From: a virus
Reading direction: 5' to 3' (one strand)
IMG/VR virus record: IMGVR_UViG_3300025133_000077
Location: 1-64,000 of that record
DNA: 64,000 bases
Shown here piece by piece: positions 55,903 through 64,000 of the stretch. A program made the translations under genes and the position numbers. Numbering within the stretch: the first letter of the stretch is position 1; the number at the start of each line of letters is the position of its first letter. The notes below the pieces were generated by a model, which saw only the letters and a list, made by a program, of their open reading frames with translations, was not told where the DNA came from and did no database searches.

Positions 55903-58645
55903 CGAAACCTCCTATTGCTCCTCGGGGCGGCTGGAAGAGCCTGGCAGCCTTCGTGAGCTTCTCCTCGGCCGAAGATGCCGAGGAAGCTCCCTCCATCCTC
56001 AGGGACGCCGCCACGTGGTACTTGCCTCGGACCAGCAGCGACCTGAACCGATCATACCCCCGCTCCTCCAGAGCAGACAGCTGAGCCTCCGCCTGCTCCT
56101 GGGTCTCCTCAGGCACCTCCGGCACCCACGACGTCAGCACGCTGAAGAGGGTGCCCGCAGGCGCTGCGGGCACCCGCAGGCCCAGTCGCTGCAGGGCTGC
56201 CGCCGGACCTTGGCCGGGCACCTCGCCGATCTGCATGGCAGCGGCGTACACCGTCCCCACTGCGTCGAGGAGCTGGTGGGTGGAGGCCGCTCCCTGGGAG
56301 GCGGCCTCCACCCGCTGCAGCGCAGCTTCCAGCTCCAACACCCACTTCCACAGGGGTCGCATCTGCAGCGCACGCAGCGCCACGCGCAGCTCCTCGAACT
56401 CGGTGGCCAGCGAGCTGAGCACCTCGAGGTCGGCGGAAGCAAGGACGCCCTCCCCGACCTCGAAGCTCCGGCGGTCCTTCGAGATGGCTGTGATCGAGTA
56501 CCTGTCCTCCCCGTTCGCCAGCCAGGCGCCCTTGAGGGCCTTGAGCACTCCCAGGTCCCGGACCGCCCGTCGCTTCTCCCCCGCGAGCCGGCCGTACACC
56601 TCGAAGGTGGTCGCGGTGCCGGGAGTGCTTCCAGAGACCAAGCCGAGCTGGGCGTGCGCCGTCCCGACGTCCACCTGGATGTGGCTCGCGAGGGAGTCGT
56701 CCAGCGACGTGAGCTGCAGCAGAGTGCGCTGCAAGGAGGACATGGTCTCCAGGTGGAGCGGGGCAAGTCTGTCGTGGAGCGGGGCCACGACCAACTCCTC
56801 GCCGACCAGAGAGGTCACGACGTAGAGCCCCACGTCGACGGCGTTGAGGATGTCCCCTGCCTGCGCCCTCGTAGCGTCGTTGGGCACCCACCTCGTCTGG
56901 GTGGAGAAGTGCCCTCTCCCGATGCCGCGCACGGACGTGGAGATCGACGCTTCCACCTCCGGGGAGGCGGACTCCGCCTCCTCCACCAGGGCCACCACGT
57001 TCTCCAGCGCGAAGTAGTCCGTGGACGCCTGGCCAGCGCCGAAGCCGAGTGCCAAGCGGTCACTGGCGGAGTAATCCGTCCACCCGAACCGGATCACTTC
57101 GGGAAAGTTGAGCGTCGCCGGATGAGCGGAGCTGAAGGGCAGCAGCAGCTCCAGGAAGGTGTTGGGTCCCGTGGCGATGGGCGCGCGGATCTCCAGCTTC
57201 CCGTCCACGACCTCCACCTCAAGGACGAAGTCGTTGCCCGGGAGGAGGTCGCCCGACACGAAGGGTGCCCACGCCAACATGGCGTCCACCACCTCCTGCA
57301 TCGACTCGTACGGGTTGCCCACGCCGTGCGGGGACGCCGGGAAGAGGATGGACCGCGGGAAGGCGTACAGGCCGGGCGGCAGCGGGGTGTCGGTGGCGGT
57401 GTGCACGTACGAGGCGAAGACGGACAGGGTCAGGCCTTCCAGGGCCATCGGGAACGTACCCTCCGCCTGGAGGTAGCTCTCCCGGACCACCTGTCCCGCG
57501 TCGCCCACGACCATGGGGTCGTCGTCGAGGAGCATCAGCTTGCCGAGGCTCCTCTTGGCGAGGCCCCCGTAGCGCTGCATGCCGCTGTTCAGCTCGTCGA
57601 GCACCTGCGCAGCGGTGCGCGGTCCCGTCGTGAGCGGTATGTCCCGCAGGAGGCCCTCGACCTCGACCAGAAGCACCCCTTCGACGACCTCGTAGGTCTC
57701 TCCGGGGATCTCGGCCTCCACCCTGTGCTGCCCGGCGCCCACCAGTTCGATGGTGCGCTGTGCCTTCCCGTTGGGGGTGTAGATCAGCGTCGCTCCGACG
57801 GGAAGGGCGTCCGGCGACCGAGAACCGATCACCGTCGCCGGCAGCAGCGGAGGGAGGGCCCGTACCTCGAGGGAGGACTTCGGGGGGAACGCGTCCGAGA
57901 CGAGGGGGGATAGAGGGTGCCGGGCCCCGCGCAAGGCCTTCATGGTGGCGGGGACGGTGAGGAGCTTCAGCACCTCCTCCTGTCGCTGCGCCAGGACGTT
58001 TCCCTCTTCGGTGCGCTGCTTGTGCGCGCGCAGCAGGGCCTCCGCTCGGGCCATGACCGCGGGCCCCACCGCCCGCTGCAGGGTGTTGACGTTGAACCAG
58101 TCGGCGGCCTCGCTGAACTCCTTCAGCCCTCTCTGCAGCTTGGTCCAGGAGGCCCGGGCCTCTGCCAGCGGAGCGGTGAGGTCGGCCTGGGCCTCCGCCC
58201 TGGAACGTGCAGAGACGTCGGCGCGGTCTCTCGGCGAGAGCAGCCCGGACCCCATGACGTAGCGGGTGATGTCCTGTGCCGCGAACGCAGCAGCCTCTGA
58301 GGACAGGGGATCCGGAACGTCGCGGCCCAGCGCCTTCAAGGCGCGAGAGAGGCCCGAGGCATCGGGGTTGGGAGGGTCGGGGAGCCGCAAGTCCGCCGTG
58401 GCCGTGATGATCTCAGCCAGTGCCGACAGAAGAGAGGCTGCCTCCTGCAGCAGCAGGTTGCGCTGCAGCACTCGATGATGGAAGAAGACGTCGGAGTGCA
58501 GGAGCAGCCCGGTCATCACCTCCCCGTGCAGGAGGCGGAACTGGTCTCGCGTGCTGCGAAGACCCATCCCCGTTCGAGGAGTTCCCTTCGACGGAGAGAC
58601 CAGGGCTCCGGCCGCCGGCGCGGTGATGTTCATTGCCTTGGACAT
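55895..58645 (-). CDS. Large hypothetical virion/tail-associated protein
   Basis: About 916 aa; GGAGG SD before the ATG at 58645; helical termini and beta-rich core. Confidence 0.55.
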   Translation of the reverse strand: MSKAMNITAPAAGALVSPSKGTPRTGMGLRSTRDQFRLLHGEVMTGLLLHSDVFFHHRVLQRNLLLQEAASLLSALAEIITATADLRLPDPPNPDASGLSRALKALGRDVPDPLSSEAAAFAAQDITRYVMGSGLLSPRDRADVSARSRAEAQADLTAPLAEARASWTKLQRGLKEFSEAADWFNVNTLQRAVGPAVMARAEALLRAHKQRTEEGNVLAQRQEEVLKLLTVPATMKALRGARHPLSPLVSDAFPPKSSLEVRALPPLLPATVIGSRSPDALPVGATLIYTPNGKAQRTIELVGAGQHRVEAEIPGETYEVVEGVLLVEVEGLLRDIPLTTGPRTAAQVLDELNSGMQRYGGLAKRSLGKLMLLDDDPMVVGDAGQVVRESYLQAEGTFPMALEGLTLSVFASYVHTATDTPLPPGLYAFPRSILFPASPHGVGNPYESMQEVVDAMLAWAPFVSGDLLPGNDFVLEVEVVDGKLEIRAPIATGPNTFLELLLPFSSAHPATLNFPEVIRFGWTDYSASDRLALGFGAGQASTDYFALENVVALVEEAESASPEVEASISTSVRGIGRGHFSTQTRWVPNDATRAQAGDILNAVDVGLYVVTSLVGEELVVAPLHDRLAPLHLETMSSLQRTLLQLTSLDDSLASHIQVDVGTAHAQLGLVSGSTPGTATTFEVYGRLAGEKRRAVRDLGVLKALKGAWLANGEDRYSITAISKDRRSFEVGEGVLASADLEVLSSLATEFEELRVALRALQMRPLWKWVLELEAALQRVEAASQGAASTHQLLDAVGTVYAAAMQIGEVPGQGPAAALQRLGLRVPAAPAGTLFSVLTSWVPEVPEETQEQAEAQLSALEERGYDRFRSLLVRGKYHVAASLRMEGASSASSAEEKLTKAARLFQPPRGAIGGFGG

Positions 58646-58931
58646 GCCGCCTCCGATCATTGTGCAGCTTCAGCTGCCTCAGCTCCGCCGCCGTCAGGAC
58701 CAACACCTTCTGGCGCAACCGCTCCGGGTCTACGTCTACCAGAGCGCAGAGGGCCTCGAAGGAGTTCGAGCGCCCGGAGTGATCCTCGAACAACCACCAC
58801 TGGGCGTTGAAGAAGAGCCTCCGCTCGTGCACACGCGTCCGGCCCCGGTTGATGACGTAGTCGATGATCCCCTGCAGGATCACCGCCGTCCAGAGGTTCA
58901 GGTGCGGACCCGTGTCGGGGGCCCCGTTCAT
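58413..58931 (-). CDS. Small conserved-type phage protein with a C-terminal run-on into the next gene
   Basis: ATGA-coupled; LWTAVILQGIIDY...AQWWLF...SFEALCALVDVDPERLR. Confidence 0.6.
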   Translation of the reverse strand: MNGAPDTGPHLNLWTAVILQGIIDYVINRGRTRVHERRLFFNAQWWLFEDHSGRSNSFEALCALVDVDPERLRQKVLVLTAAELRQLKLHNDRRRHVQGNEHHRAGGRSPGLSVEGNSSNGDGSSQHARPVPPPARGGDDRAAPALRRLLPSSSAAAQPAAAGGSLSSVGTG

Positions 58932-60139
58932 GCGACGGACACCGTCACCGGCGTCACCGTCAGAACCACGGCGGGCACCCGCGGCATGAACGCCCTGAGG
59001 ATGGGGGTCGCCACGATCGTGGCTGAGCCGACGCCGACGCCGATCACCCTGAGGTTGTCGCCGGAAGACTCCACCTCGATCACGTCGGTGTCGCTGGAGG
59101 TGAACTCGACGAAGGTGGTCGATGCAGGGTTCGAGCTGGGGAGGATGATCCGGCCATCCGACATCACCAAGGTCGGAGCCACCAGGACTTCTCCGCCCAC
59201 CGCCAGAGCCAGTGGCCCGGCAGGCGCGTACGTCACCGTGTCCGGTGCCGGGAAGAGCAGGTTGACCGTGTTGGCCTGGGCCTGTGAGGGGATCTCGATG
59301 TCCACCGAGGAGTCGAGGTACCCGGCCGCCGTGACGGAGAAGATGCCTCCCCGCGGCAGGTCCACCTCGAAGTACCCGTTCTTGTCGGTGACGAGCTCGA
59401 CCGGGGCCTGCGAGTACCCCACTGCGCCCGGGTACAGAGCCACCGGGTTCCTCTGCGGGGTCAGGCGGAGGTAGAGGCCGGAGACCGCCCTCCCTGCCGG
59501 ATCCACGAAGAAGCCCCAGCAGCGGCACAGGCTGGGGTTTGGCGACACCGGCGCCGTGAACGTCTCAGCGACGAACTGCCAGAGGTTGCTGGGGGGCGGC
59601 ACCCTCACGTTGATCTGTCTGGGGGAGGGCACGCTGGCGAGGATGTGGTCGCCGTAGAAGCGGAGCTGGTACCGCGCGACCGGCAAGGTGAAGTCGACCT
59701 CGCCGGCGGCGTCGGTGTAGCCCGTGGCGAGGAGCTCCGTCCCCGCCTGGTCGTAGACCTGGACCCCCATGTTCTCCACCGGGAGCCCATCCTTGTCGAC
59801 CACCTGCACCTCGGCCACGTAGCCCGGCGCCCCGATGGGGATGGGCGGGCTGACGCTGACCGGGAAGACCGCGAAGGATTCGACGGAGGAGTAGGGCGAG
59901 CCGCTGTAGAGGTAGGCCCACTCGAGCGTGAAGTCGCCGGCCCCCGTCGGCGTCCAGCTGACCGTGTACGTGCCCAGGGAGGGGTGCAGCACCGGCACCG
60001 GGGTCGCAACGACGTTGCCCAGCGAGTCCTTGACCTGCGCCGTCGGCGCCGCGTCAGCGTCCACCAGGTAGTCCCCGCCCGTGGTGGACAGGGTGATGAT
60101 CATCGTGAACTCGGACGCGATGCCGACGAAGTGCGCCAT
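58928..60139 (-). CDS. Ig-like multi-domain virion protein (carboxypeptidase-regulatory-like plus Big_2-like)
   Basis: VVDKDGLPVENMGV...YTDAAGEVDF; TDKNGYF; FTSSDTDVIEV...GVGVGSATI. Confidence 0.65.
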   Translation of the reverse strand: MAHFVGIASEFTMIITLSTTGGDYLVDADAAPTAQVKDSLGNVVATPVPVLHPSLGTYTVSWTPTGAGDFTLEWAYLYSGSPYSSVESFAVFPVSVSPPIPIGAPGYVAEVQVVDKDGLPVENMGVQVYDQAGTELLATGYTDAAGEVDFTLPVARYQLRFYGDHILASVPSPRQINVRVPPPSNLWQFVAETFTAPVSPNPSLCRCWGFFVDPAGRAVSGLYLRLTPQRNPVALYPGAVGYSQAPVELVTDKNGYFEVDLPRGGIFSVTAAGYLDSSVDIEIPSQAQANTVNLLFPAPDTVTYAPAGPLALAVGGEVLVAPTLVMSDGRIILPSSNPASTTFVEFTSSDTDVIEVESSGDNLRVIGVGVGSATIVATPILRAFMPRVPAVVLTVTPVTVSVA

Positions 60140-60141
60140 GC

Positions 60142-60801
60142 TCAGGCTCCCAGGGACCGAGAGGTGTGCCGGGTCTGGATCGCCCCCTCCACCCCGTAGG
60201 CGTAGAACGACTGGGAGGAGTCCCACCCATCGATGGAGCAGGAGAAGGAGAGGTAGTACCAGCCCACCGCCGTCGGCACGTAGTCGACCTCGAAGACCCG
60301 CTGATGGCCCGAGGGCACCGTGGCCTCGAGCAGCGTCAGGTCCGTCCAGGTGCTCTCCCCGGCCTTCCGCACCTTGCCGTCCACGGTGACCGCGCCGGCG
60401 GGCACGGTGTACGACACCTTGTAGGCCGTGCCGACCGGGACTCGTACGGCCTCCATGCCGCGCCCGATGGCCATGCCCGCCACGTCCACCGAGGGCAGCC
60501 CTGCACCTGCACCGGAGGCGTCGAACTCGATGACCTGCAGGTCACCGATCAGAATGACCAGGACCTCGATCTTCCAGTAGCCCGCGGCGTCGGGAGTGAA
60601 CTCGGCCTCGTACTCGCCGGGAGTGCCGGCGATCTCCGCCACGGTCACGGCGTTCGGGCCCGCGTAGACCGCGCCGTCCTTCCAGACGGTGACCGTGAAG
60701 TCCGCCGGGAGAGCCAGCCCCGGGAGCTTGGTGAGGCCGTCCAGATCGAGAGCAGGGAACTGCTCTCGGAAGACTTCACCTACGGTCGCGGAGCGCGCCA
60801 C
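60142..60801 (-). CDS. Ig-like virion protein
   Basis: PGEYEAEFTPDAAGYW and YVPTAVGWY duplicated beta-sandwich motifs. Confidence 0.6.
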   Translation of the reverse strand: MARSATVGEVFREQFPALDLDGLTKLPGLALPADFTVTVWKDGAVYAGPNAVTVAEIAGTPGEYEAEFTPDAAGYWKIEVLVILIGDLQVIEFDASGAGAGLPSVDVAGMAIGRGMEAVRVPVGTAYKVSYTVPAGAVTVDGKVRKAGESTWTDLTLLEATVPSGHQRVFEVDYVPTAVGWYYLSFSCSIDGWDSSQSFYAYGVEGAIQTRHTSRSLGA

Positions 60802-61116
60802 CTACGACTCCTCCCCCTCGCCGAGAGGGAACACCACGGCGGTCTTGCCGCCGTCGGTGGTCAGCATGACGCCCTGCTGCGGAGGCGGGGGCTGTGCCAG
60901 CACGCTGTCGAGCTTGTCGCGAAGCGCCCGGAGGAACGAGGGACGGCACCTCAGCCGGGAGACCACCCGGGCCTCTTGGGCCTGCGGGGAGAAGACCGCG
61001 AGATCCAGGAGCACCTCATCGTCGCCGTCCGGCAGGAGGCGAACGGCGTTGACGTACTCCCCGAACCGGAGCTCGGGGTCAACGATGATCTCGGGAACGG
61101 CCACCTCAGTGCTCAT
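60802..61116 (-). CDS. Hypothetical protein (DUF3467-like)
   Basis: GEYVNAVR...EVLLDLA...VVSRL; ATGA-coupled. Confidence 0.5.
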   Translation of the reverse strand: MSTEVAVPEIIVDPELRFGEYVNAVRLLPDGDDEVLLDLAVFSPQAQEARVVSRLRCRPSFLRALRDKLDSVLAQPPPPQQGVMLTTDGGKTAVVFPLGEGEES

Positions 61117-61499
61117 GCGGAACGCTCCAGGAAGAGCACAGCGGAGTCGATGATGTAGCACGCCGAGGAGGAGATCAGGCTCCAGCAGAGCATCGCCGGA
61201 ATGAGGGAGTAGGGCTGTCCGGAGTAGAGCAGACGCTCCCCCGACAGGAGCCAGACCAGGAGCCAGCTCATCCAGCCGGTGTGGAAGCCCATGCAGTAGG
61301 GGCAGGAGAAGAGCTTCGTGACGAAGGCTCGCACGGCTCCTCTCCAGCGGGAGTTGCTGAACCCCAGCGGGGCCTCCTCATCTGCCTCAGGGAGATGTCC
61401 GAGCCGCAGGAGCCAGAGCACCGGGAAGACCTTCGTCGCCTTGTTCATGGCCCCGAAGCAGAGGCCGTAGGACAGCAGCAGAGCCAGAGCGTAGATCAC
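61113..61499 (-). CDS. Membrane protein, DUF1360-like
   Basis: Three hydrophobic helices; LFSCPYCMGFHTGW. Confidence 0.65.
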   Translation of the reverse strand: MIYALALLLSYGLCFGAMNKATKVFPVLWLLRLGHLPEADEEAPLGFSNSRWRGAVRAFVTKLFSCPYCMGFHTGWMSWLLVWLLSGERLLYSGQPYSLIPAMLCWSLISSSACYIIDSAVLFLERSA

Positions 61500-61840
61500 C
61501 GAGAGCTCCTCTTGCGGATCAGCTTGGGCACGCCGGCCTCCTTGGGCCTGGCGCTGGGCTTCTTGCCGCTGGCCAACAGGTTGTCGGCGCGACAGCAGTT
61601 GTCCTTCGCCGCCTTCTGGAAGATGCCGATGTCGTCGGGGATCCCGTCCCCGTCTTCGTCGACGCACTCCATGACGATGTTCACAGGGTACTGATCCAGC
61701 GCCTCCGCGAGCAAGTCCCGCTCCAGCCGCCCCTTGGCGTCGATCGGCCCCGAGGAGTACTCGCGGTCCAACCGAATGAGACGCCGTACAGCGTCTCCGA
61801 GCCCCAGGGTGACCTTCTTGGTGAACCGATCTGCCGCCAT
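61496..61840 (-). CDS. Hypothetical protein with DxDGDG motif
   Basis: CVDEDGDGIPDD; probably leaderless start. Confidence 0.6.
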   Translation of the reverse strand: MAADRFTKKVTLGLGDAVRRLIRLDREYSSGPIDAKGRLERDLLAEALDQYPVNIVMECVDEDGDGIPDDIGIFQKAAKDNCCRADNLLASGKKPSARPKEAGVPKLIRKRSSR

Positions 61841-61857
61841 GCGCGCATCCTACAAGA

Positions 61858-61890
61858 AGGCCCCCGTCGCGCCTAGCACGACGGGGGCCT
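61858..61890 (-). terminator. Rho-independent terminator
   Basis: 12-bp stem AGGCCCCCGTCG...CGACGGGGGCCT followed by TCTTGT on the minus strand, downstream of the 61914 stop. Confidence 0.75.
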
Positions 61891-61913
61891 CCTGTTCAGG
61901 CCTCAGCGGGGTA

Positions 61914-62447
61914 CTAGACCACGCCGATGAACTGCGGCATCCAGACGACCTTGGAGGTGCCAGCGCCGGTGCTGTGGGTGTAGCCCACGCGCCAGATCTG
62001 GTCTTCCGAGGTGGACGGGGCCGTCTCGCTGACGCCGCCGGACACCCAGTAGACCACGGCACCCTCGGTGCTCAGCGTCTCGGAGACCTCGTAGACCTCG
62101 CCCGGCGTGCAGTACACCGAGTCGGTGTCCGCCTCGGCCAGGAGTCCCGCGGGGAACTTGTGGCTGGACGGGTTCGCCGACACGAGCGCGCCGCCGACGT
62201 AGGTCACCATGGTCTTGGCGGCCACGGTGCCGATGGTCTTGCCGTGCGCGGCGCGGCTCTCCTTGACGCCGACCGACTCGATGAAGAGCGTGCCGGACGT
62301 CGCGGTGGCCAGGGTCAGGTCGCCGCTGGTGGCGGTGATGCTGATGTTCCCCGAGTTGGCGATCGTGCCCAGCGCCGAGAAGGAGCTGACGTCGCTCTCG
62401 ACGAAGTTGTACGTGATCGTGTCGTCGCCGCTGTGGGCGCTGGACAT
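61914..62447 (-). CDS. Capsid decoration/cement-like protein
   Basis: ANP..PAGL...GEV...GAVVYWV.GG..TAPS...WRVG beta-tulip-like pattern; strong GC3; followed by a terminator. Confidence 0.55.
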   Translation of the reverse strand: MSSAHSGDDTITYNFVESDVSSFSALGTIANSGNISITATSGDLTLATATSGTLFIESVGVKESRAAHGKTIGTVAAKTMVTYVGGALVSANPSSHKFPAGLLAEADTDSVYCTPGEVYEVSETLSTEGAVVYWVSGGVSETAPSTSEDQIWRVGYTHSTGAGTSKVVWMPQFIGVV

Positions 62448-62584
62448 CGCCGTGCCGCCCGCGCGGCCTCCTGAAGGCGCGATCCCTCTGCCTGCTCGTT
62501 CTCGAGCGCGGCGGAGATCTTCTTCTTGAACTTGACCTTCTTCTTGAGGCGAGTACGGCGGGGGTCGAGCTTCTTGGCGGTCAT
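62315..62584 (-). CDS. Lys-rich short ORF overlapping the next gene (possible frameshifted N-terminus)
   Basis: GAGGA SD; MTAKKLDPRRTRLKKKVKFKKKISAALENE has good codon bias, which is lost in the overlap. Confidence 0.4.
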   Translation of the reverse strand: MTAKKLDPRRTRLKKKVKFKKKISAALENEQAEGSRLQEAARAARRCPAPTAATTRSRTTSSRATSAPSRRWARSPTRGTSASPPPAAT

Positions 62585-62610
62585 CTGGCTGGGTCCTCTG
62601 GCTTGGGGGG

Positions 62611-62844
62611 TCATCGCCTCTTGATGAGGTCGACGGTGTCTTGGTACTCCATGACGAATCTGCGGTAGTCGGAGTTCCGGTACTCGATCTCGTACTTCTT
62701 CCCTTCGTCGTCGGGCAGATCGAGGGTAACGCGCATCCGACGAGGCTGGTCAGGATCGCGCCCCACCGTCACCACGTCAACGCCCTTGCGCCGGATGTAG
62801 GCGAGGAGGAAGGCGTCTGAGGAACTGTACTGCTTCGCGCTCAC
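62611..62844 (-). CDS. Small protein, DUF5659-like
   Basis: YSSSDAFLLAYIRRKG...; GTGA-coupled. Confidence 0.6.
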   Translation of the reverse strand: MSAKQYSSSDAFLLAYIRRKGVDVVTVGRDPDQPRRMRVTLDLPDDEGKKYEIEYRNSDYRRFVMEYQDTVDLIKRR

Positions 62845-63236
62845 GACAGAACAACCTCTCGCTCGACGGCGAAGCAGATCTCGGTGGCTGACGCCGCGTG
62901 GCCCAGACGCTGCTGGTGGCCGGCGACTGGAAGAGTCTCGGTGATGGCTCCCGGGATCGACGGGTCCGCCCACAAAGCCTCCCCCCGGGTCCACGACCAG
63001 GCGGGGTTCGTCACACTGTGGCCTTGCCTGCCTTCCACCAACACCCTGCCGCCTCCCAGCACCCGCTCCACTACCCCGATCGCCGGCATGAGGGCAGGGG
63101 TCATGGGGTCCGCCAGCGTCACTTGGCCGTCCACCGTGGGGTCCAGGCACACGAGGCTGTATGCCACCACTCCCGCGGCTGCGGCGTAGATTCTGGGAGA
63201 GTTCACTCTCCCCAGCAAGCTGAGAGACCGGGCCAT
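62841..63236 (-). CDS. Capsid decoration/cement-like protein
   Basis: LADP...PAIGVV...GEALWA...GAITET.P...QRLG.A; paralogous pattern to 61914-62447. Confidence 0.55.
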   Translation of the reverse strand: MARSLSLLGRVNSPRIYAAAAGVVAYSLVCLDPTVDGQVTLADPMTPALMPAIGVVERVLGGGRVLVEGRQGHSVTNPAWSWTRGEALWADPSIPGAITETLPVAGHQQRLGHAASATEICFAVEREVVLS

Positions 63237-63242
63237 GACGAA

Positions 63243-63272
63243 ATCGTACTCGCAGGGAGGTAGGTAGGTCAG
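63243..63272 (-). promoter_or_regulatory. Sigma70-like leaderless promoter
   Basis: CTGACC-N18-TACGAT-N6-ATG(63236); no SD. Confidence 0.55.
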
Positions 63273-63278
63273 CCGCTA

Positions 63279-63701
63279 CTACGAGAAGCGGGGCTCATCC
63301 ACCGGGGAGATCCGTGCCACCTCGAACTGGTCCGGGGCCAGGGAGATGAGATCCATGAGGTCCGCCTCTGGGGCGTCCGGGATCGTGACCTTCCGGGAGA
63401 AGCCCGTCGACGTGACCGTGACCTGCACCTCGACACCCCGCAGCAGGGCGATCTCCGCGAATCCGTCAGCGTTCGTCTCCATGGAGTCCCGCATCCCAGA
63501 CAACATCGCCTTGCCCCCCAACAGCGCCAACCGAGGATTGGCCCACAGGTTGGCGAAGGAGACGACCTGGCCGACCACCGGAGCGCCCGACATGCTGAAC
63601 AGGCGCACCCAGACCCGGCACTTGTCCCCGGGGGCCGCGGAGCGGAAGGTCCTGACCCCCACCAACGGCGGAGGCAGGAGGAAGCCCTGGTAGGTGGCCA
63701 C
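63279..63701 (-). CDS. Ig-like hypothetical virion protein
   Basis: CRVW...GAPV...TNADGFAEIALLRG...VTIP; resembles a domain of 58928-60139. Confidence 0.55.
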   Translation of the reverse strand: MATYQGFLLPPPLVGVRTFRSAAPGDKCRVWVRLFSMSGAPVVGQVVSFANLWANPRLALLGGKAMLSGMRDSMETNADGFAEIALLRGVEVQVTVTSTGFSRKVTIPDAPEADLMDLISLAPDQFEVARISPVDEPRFS

Positions 63702-63992
63702 TCAGGTCTCCCGCACGCAGAAGAAGTCGGCTCCATCCGGGAAGGCGCGGTAGGTGTCCGCGGTGACGACGACGTCGTCGAGGGCGGCGAGGGGGCCGGT
63801 GAAGGGGCGGACGATCCGGGGGAGTTGTCCCTTGATGTGCTGCCGGCCCGCCGTGAGGTCGTAGAAGACGTTCGGGGCGAGGGCGACGTGGCCGTAGTCC
63901 TCCGTGCTGAACTCCGACAGACCGACCGCGTCGGCCCAGGACTTCCTCGCCACGGACGACGAGACGTAGGCGTCGGTGTGGTGCAGCGCCAC
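63702..63992 (-). CDS. Hypothetical protein (start uncertain at the window edge)
   Basis: Abuts the downstream gene; GC3-biased. Confidence 0.45.
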   Translation of the reverse strand: MALHHTDAYVSSSVARKSWADAVGLSEFSTEDYGHVALAPNVFYDLTAGRQHIKGQLPRIVRPFTGPLAALDDVVVTADTYRAFPDGADFFCVRET

Positions 63993-64000
63993 CGCGGCGG

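Noticed and set aside
36545-57913. Long plus-strand ORFs (36545-41359, 42091-44250, 49677-54056, 55124-57913)
   Set aside because: They are antisense shadows of minus-strand structural genes, with the typical V/G/H/R-rich mirror composition.
61113-61499. Holin or lysis cassette
   Set aside because: It is a membrane protein, but no endolysin or spanin is recognisable nearby, so the call cannot be supported.
1-64000. Stop-codon reassignment, tRNA/rRNA genes, introns or inteins
   Set aside because: Both TAG and TGA end genes at tightly coupled junctions. Intergenic gaps are too short for structured RNA genes. RNAP, PolA, helicase and RecA are contiguous without intein motifs. This was a by-eye check only.

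Overview
This window is a segment of a high-GC (about 68-70% by eye), large, probably jumbo myovirus-like bacteriophage genome, not a bacterial chromosome. It has four blocks. (1) At 1-11058 on the minus strand, a coupled unit encodes a single-polypeptide beta-beta' fusion RNA polymerase (about 2099 aa), then a 1100-aa polyvalent protein (zincin-like, pyrophosphatase-like InPase, GNAT and SET domains), a thermonuclease and a gp5/gpV-like spike. (2) At 11177-16300, a small plus-strand cluster of Cys-rich genes converges on a minus-strand head module: a portal, a Zn-ribbon protein and a K-x-A-motif-rich protein. (3) At 16413-34804 on the plus strand lies a replication/recombination operon: SF2 helicase, family-4 UDG, DnaB-like helicase, DnaG-like primase, putative SSB, family-A DNA polymerase, HNH-AP2 endonuclease, HU, RecA, HAD phosphatase, two resolvases and a Cas4-like exonuclease. 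(4) At 34830-64000 on the minus strand lie tail/baseplate and decoration genes. The best candidate for an undescribed system is an apparently virion-packaged transcription kit. The fused RNAP lacks the beta' N-terminal zinc domain and the sigma70-contact residues, and it shares a K-x-A putative processing motif with the neighbouring polyvalent protein. Two promoter classes sit back to back: CGG(C/G)ATAAG before the plus-strand genes, and sigma70-like TAnnnT-N6 promoters (several leaderless) before the structural genes. All assignments come from motif recognition by eye; no database searches were run.
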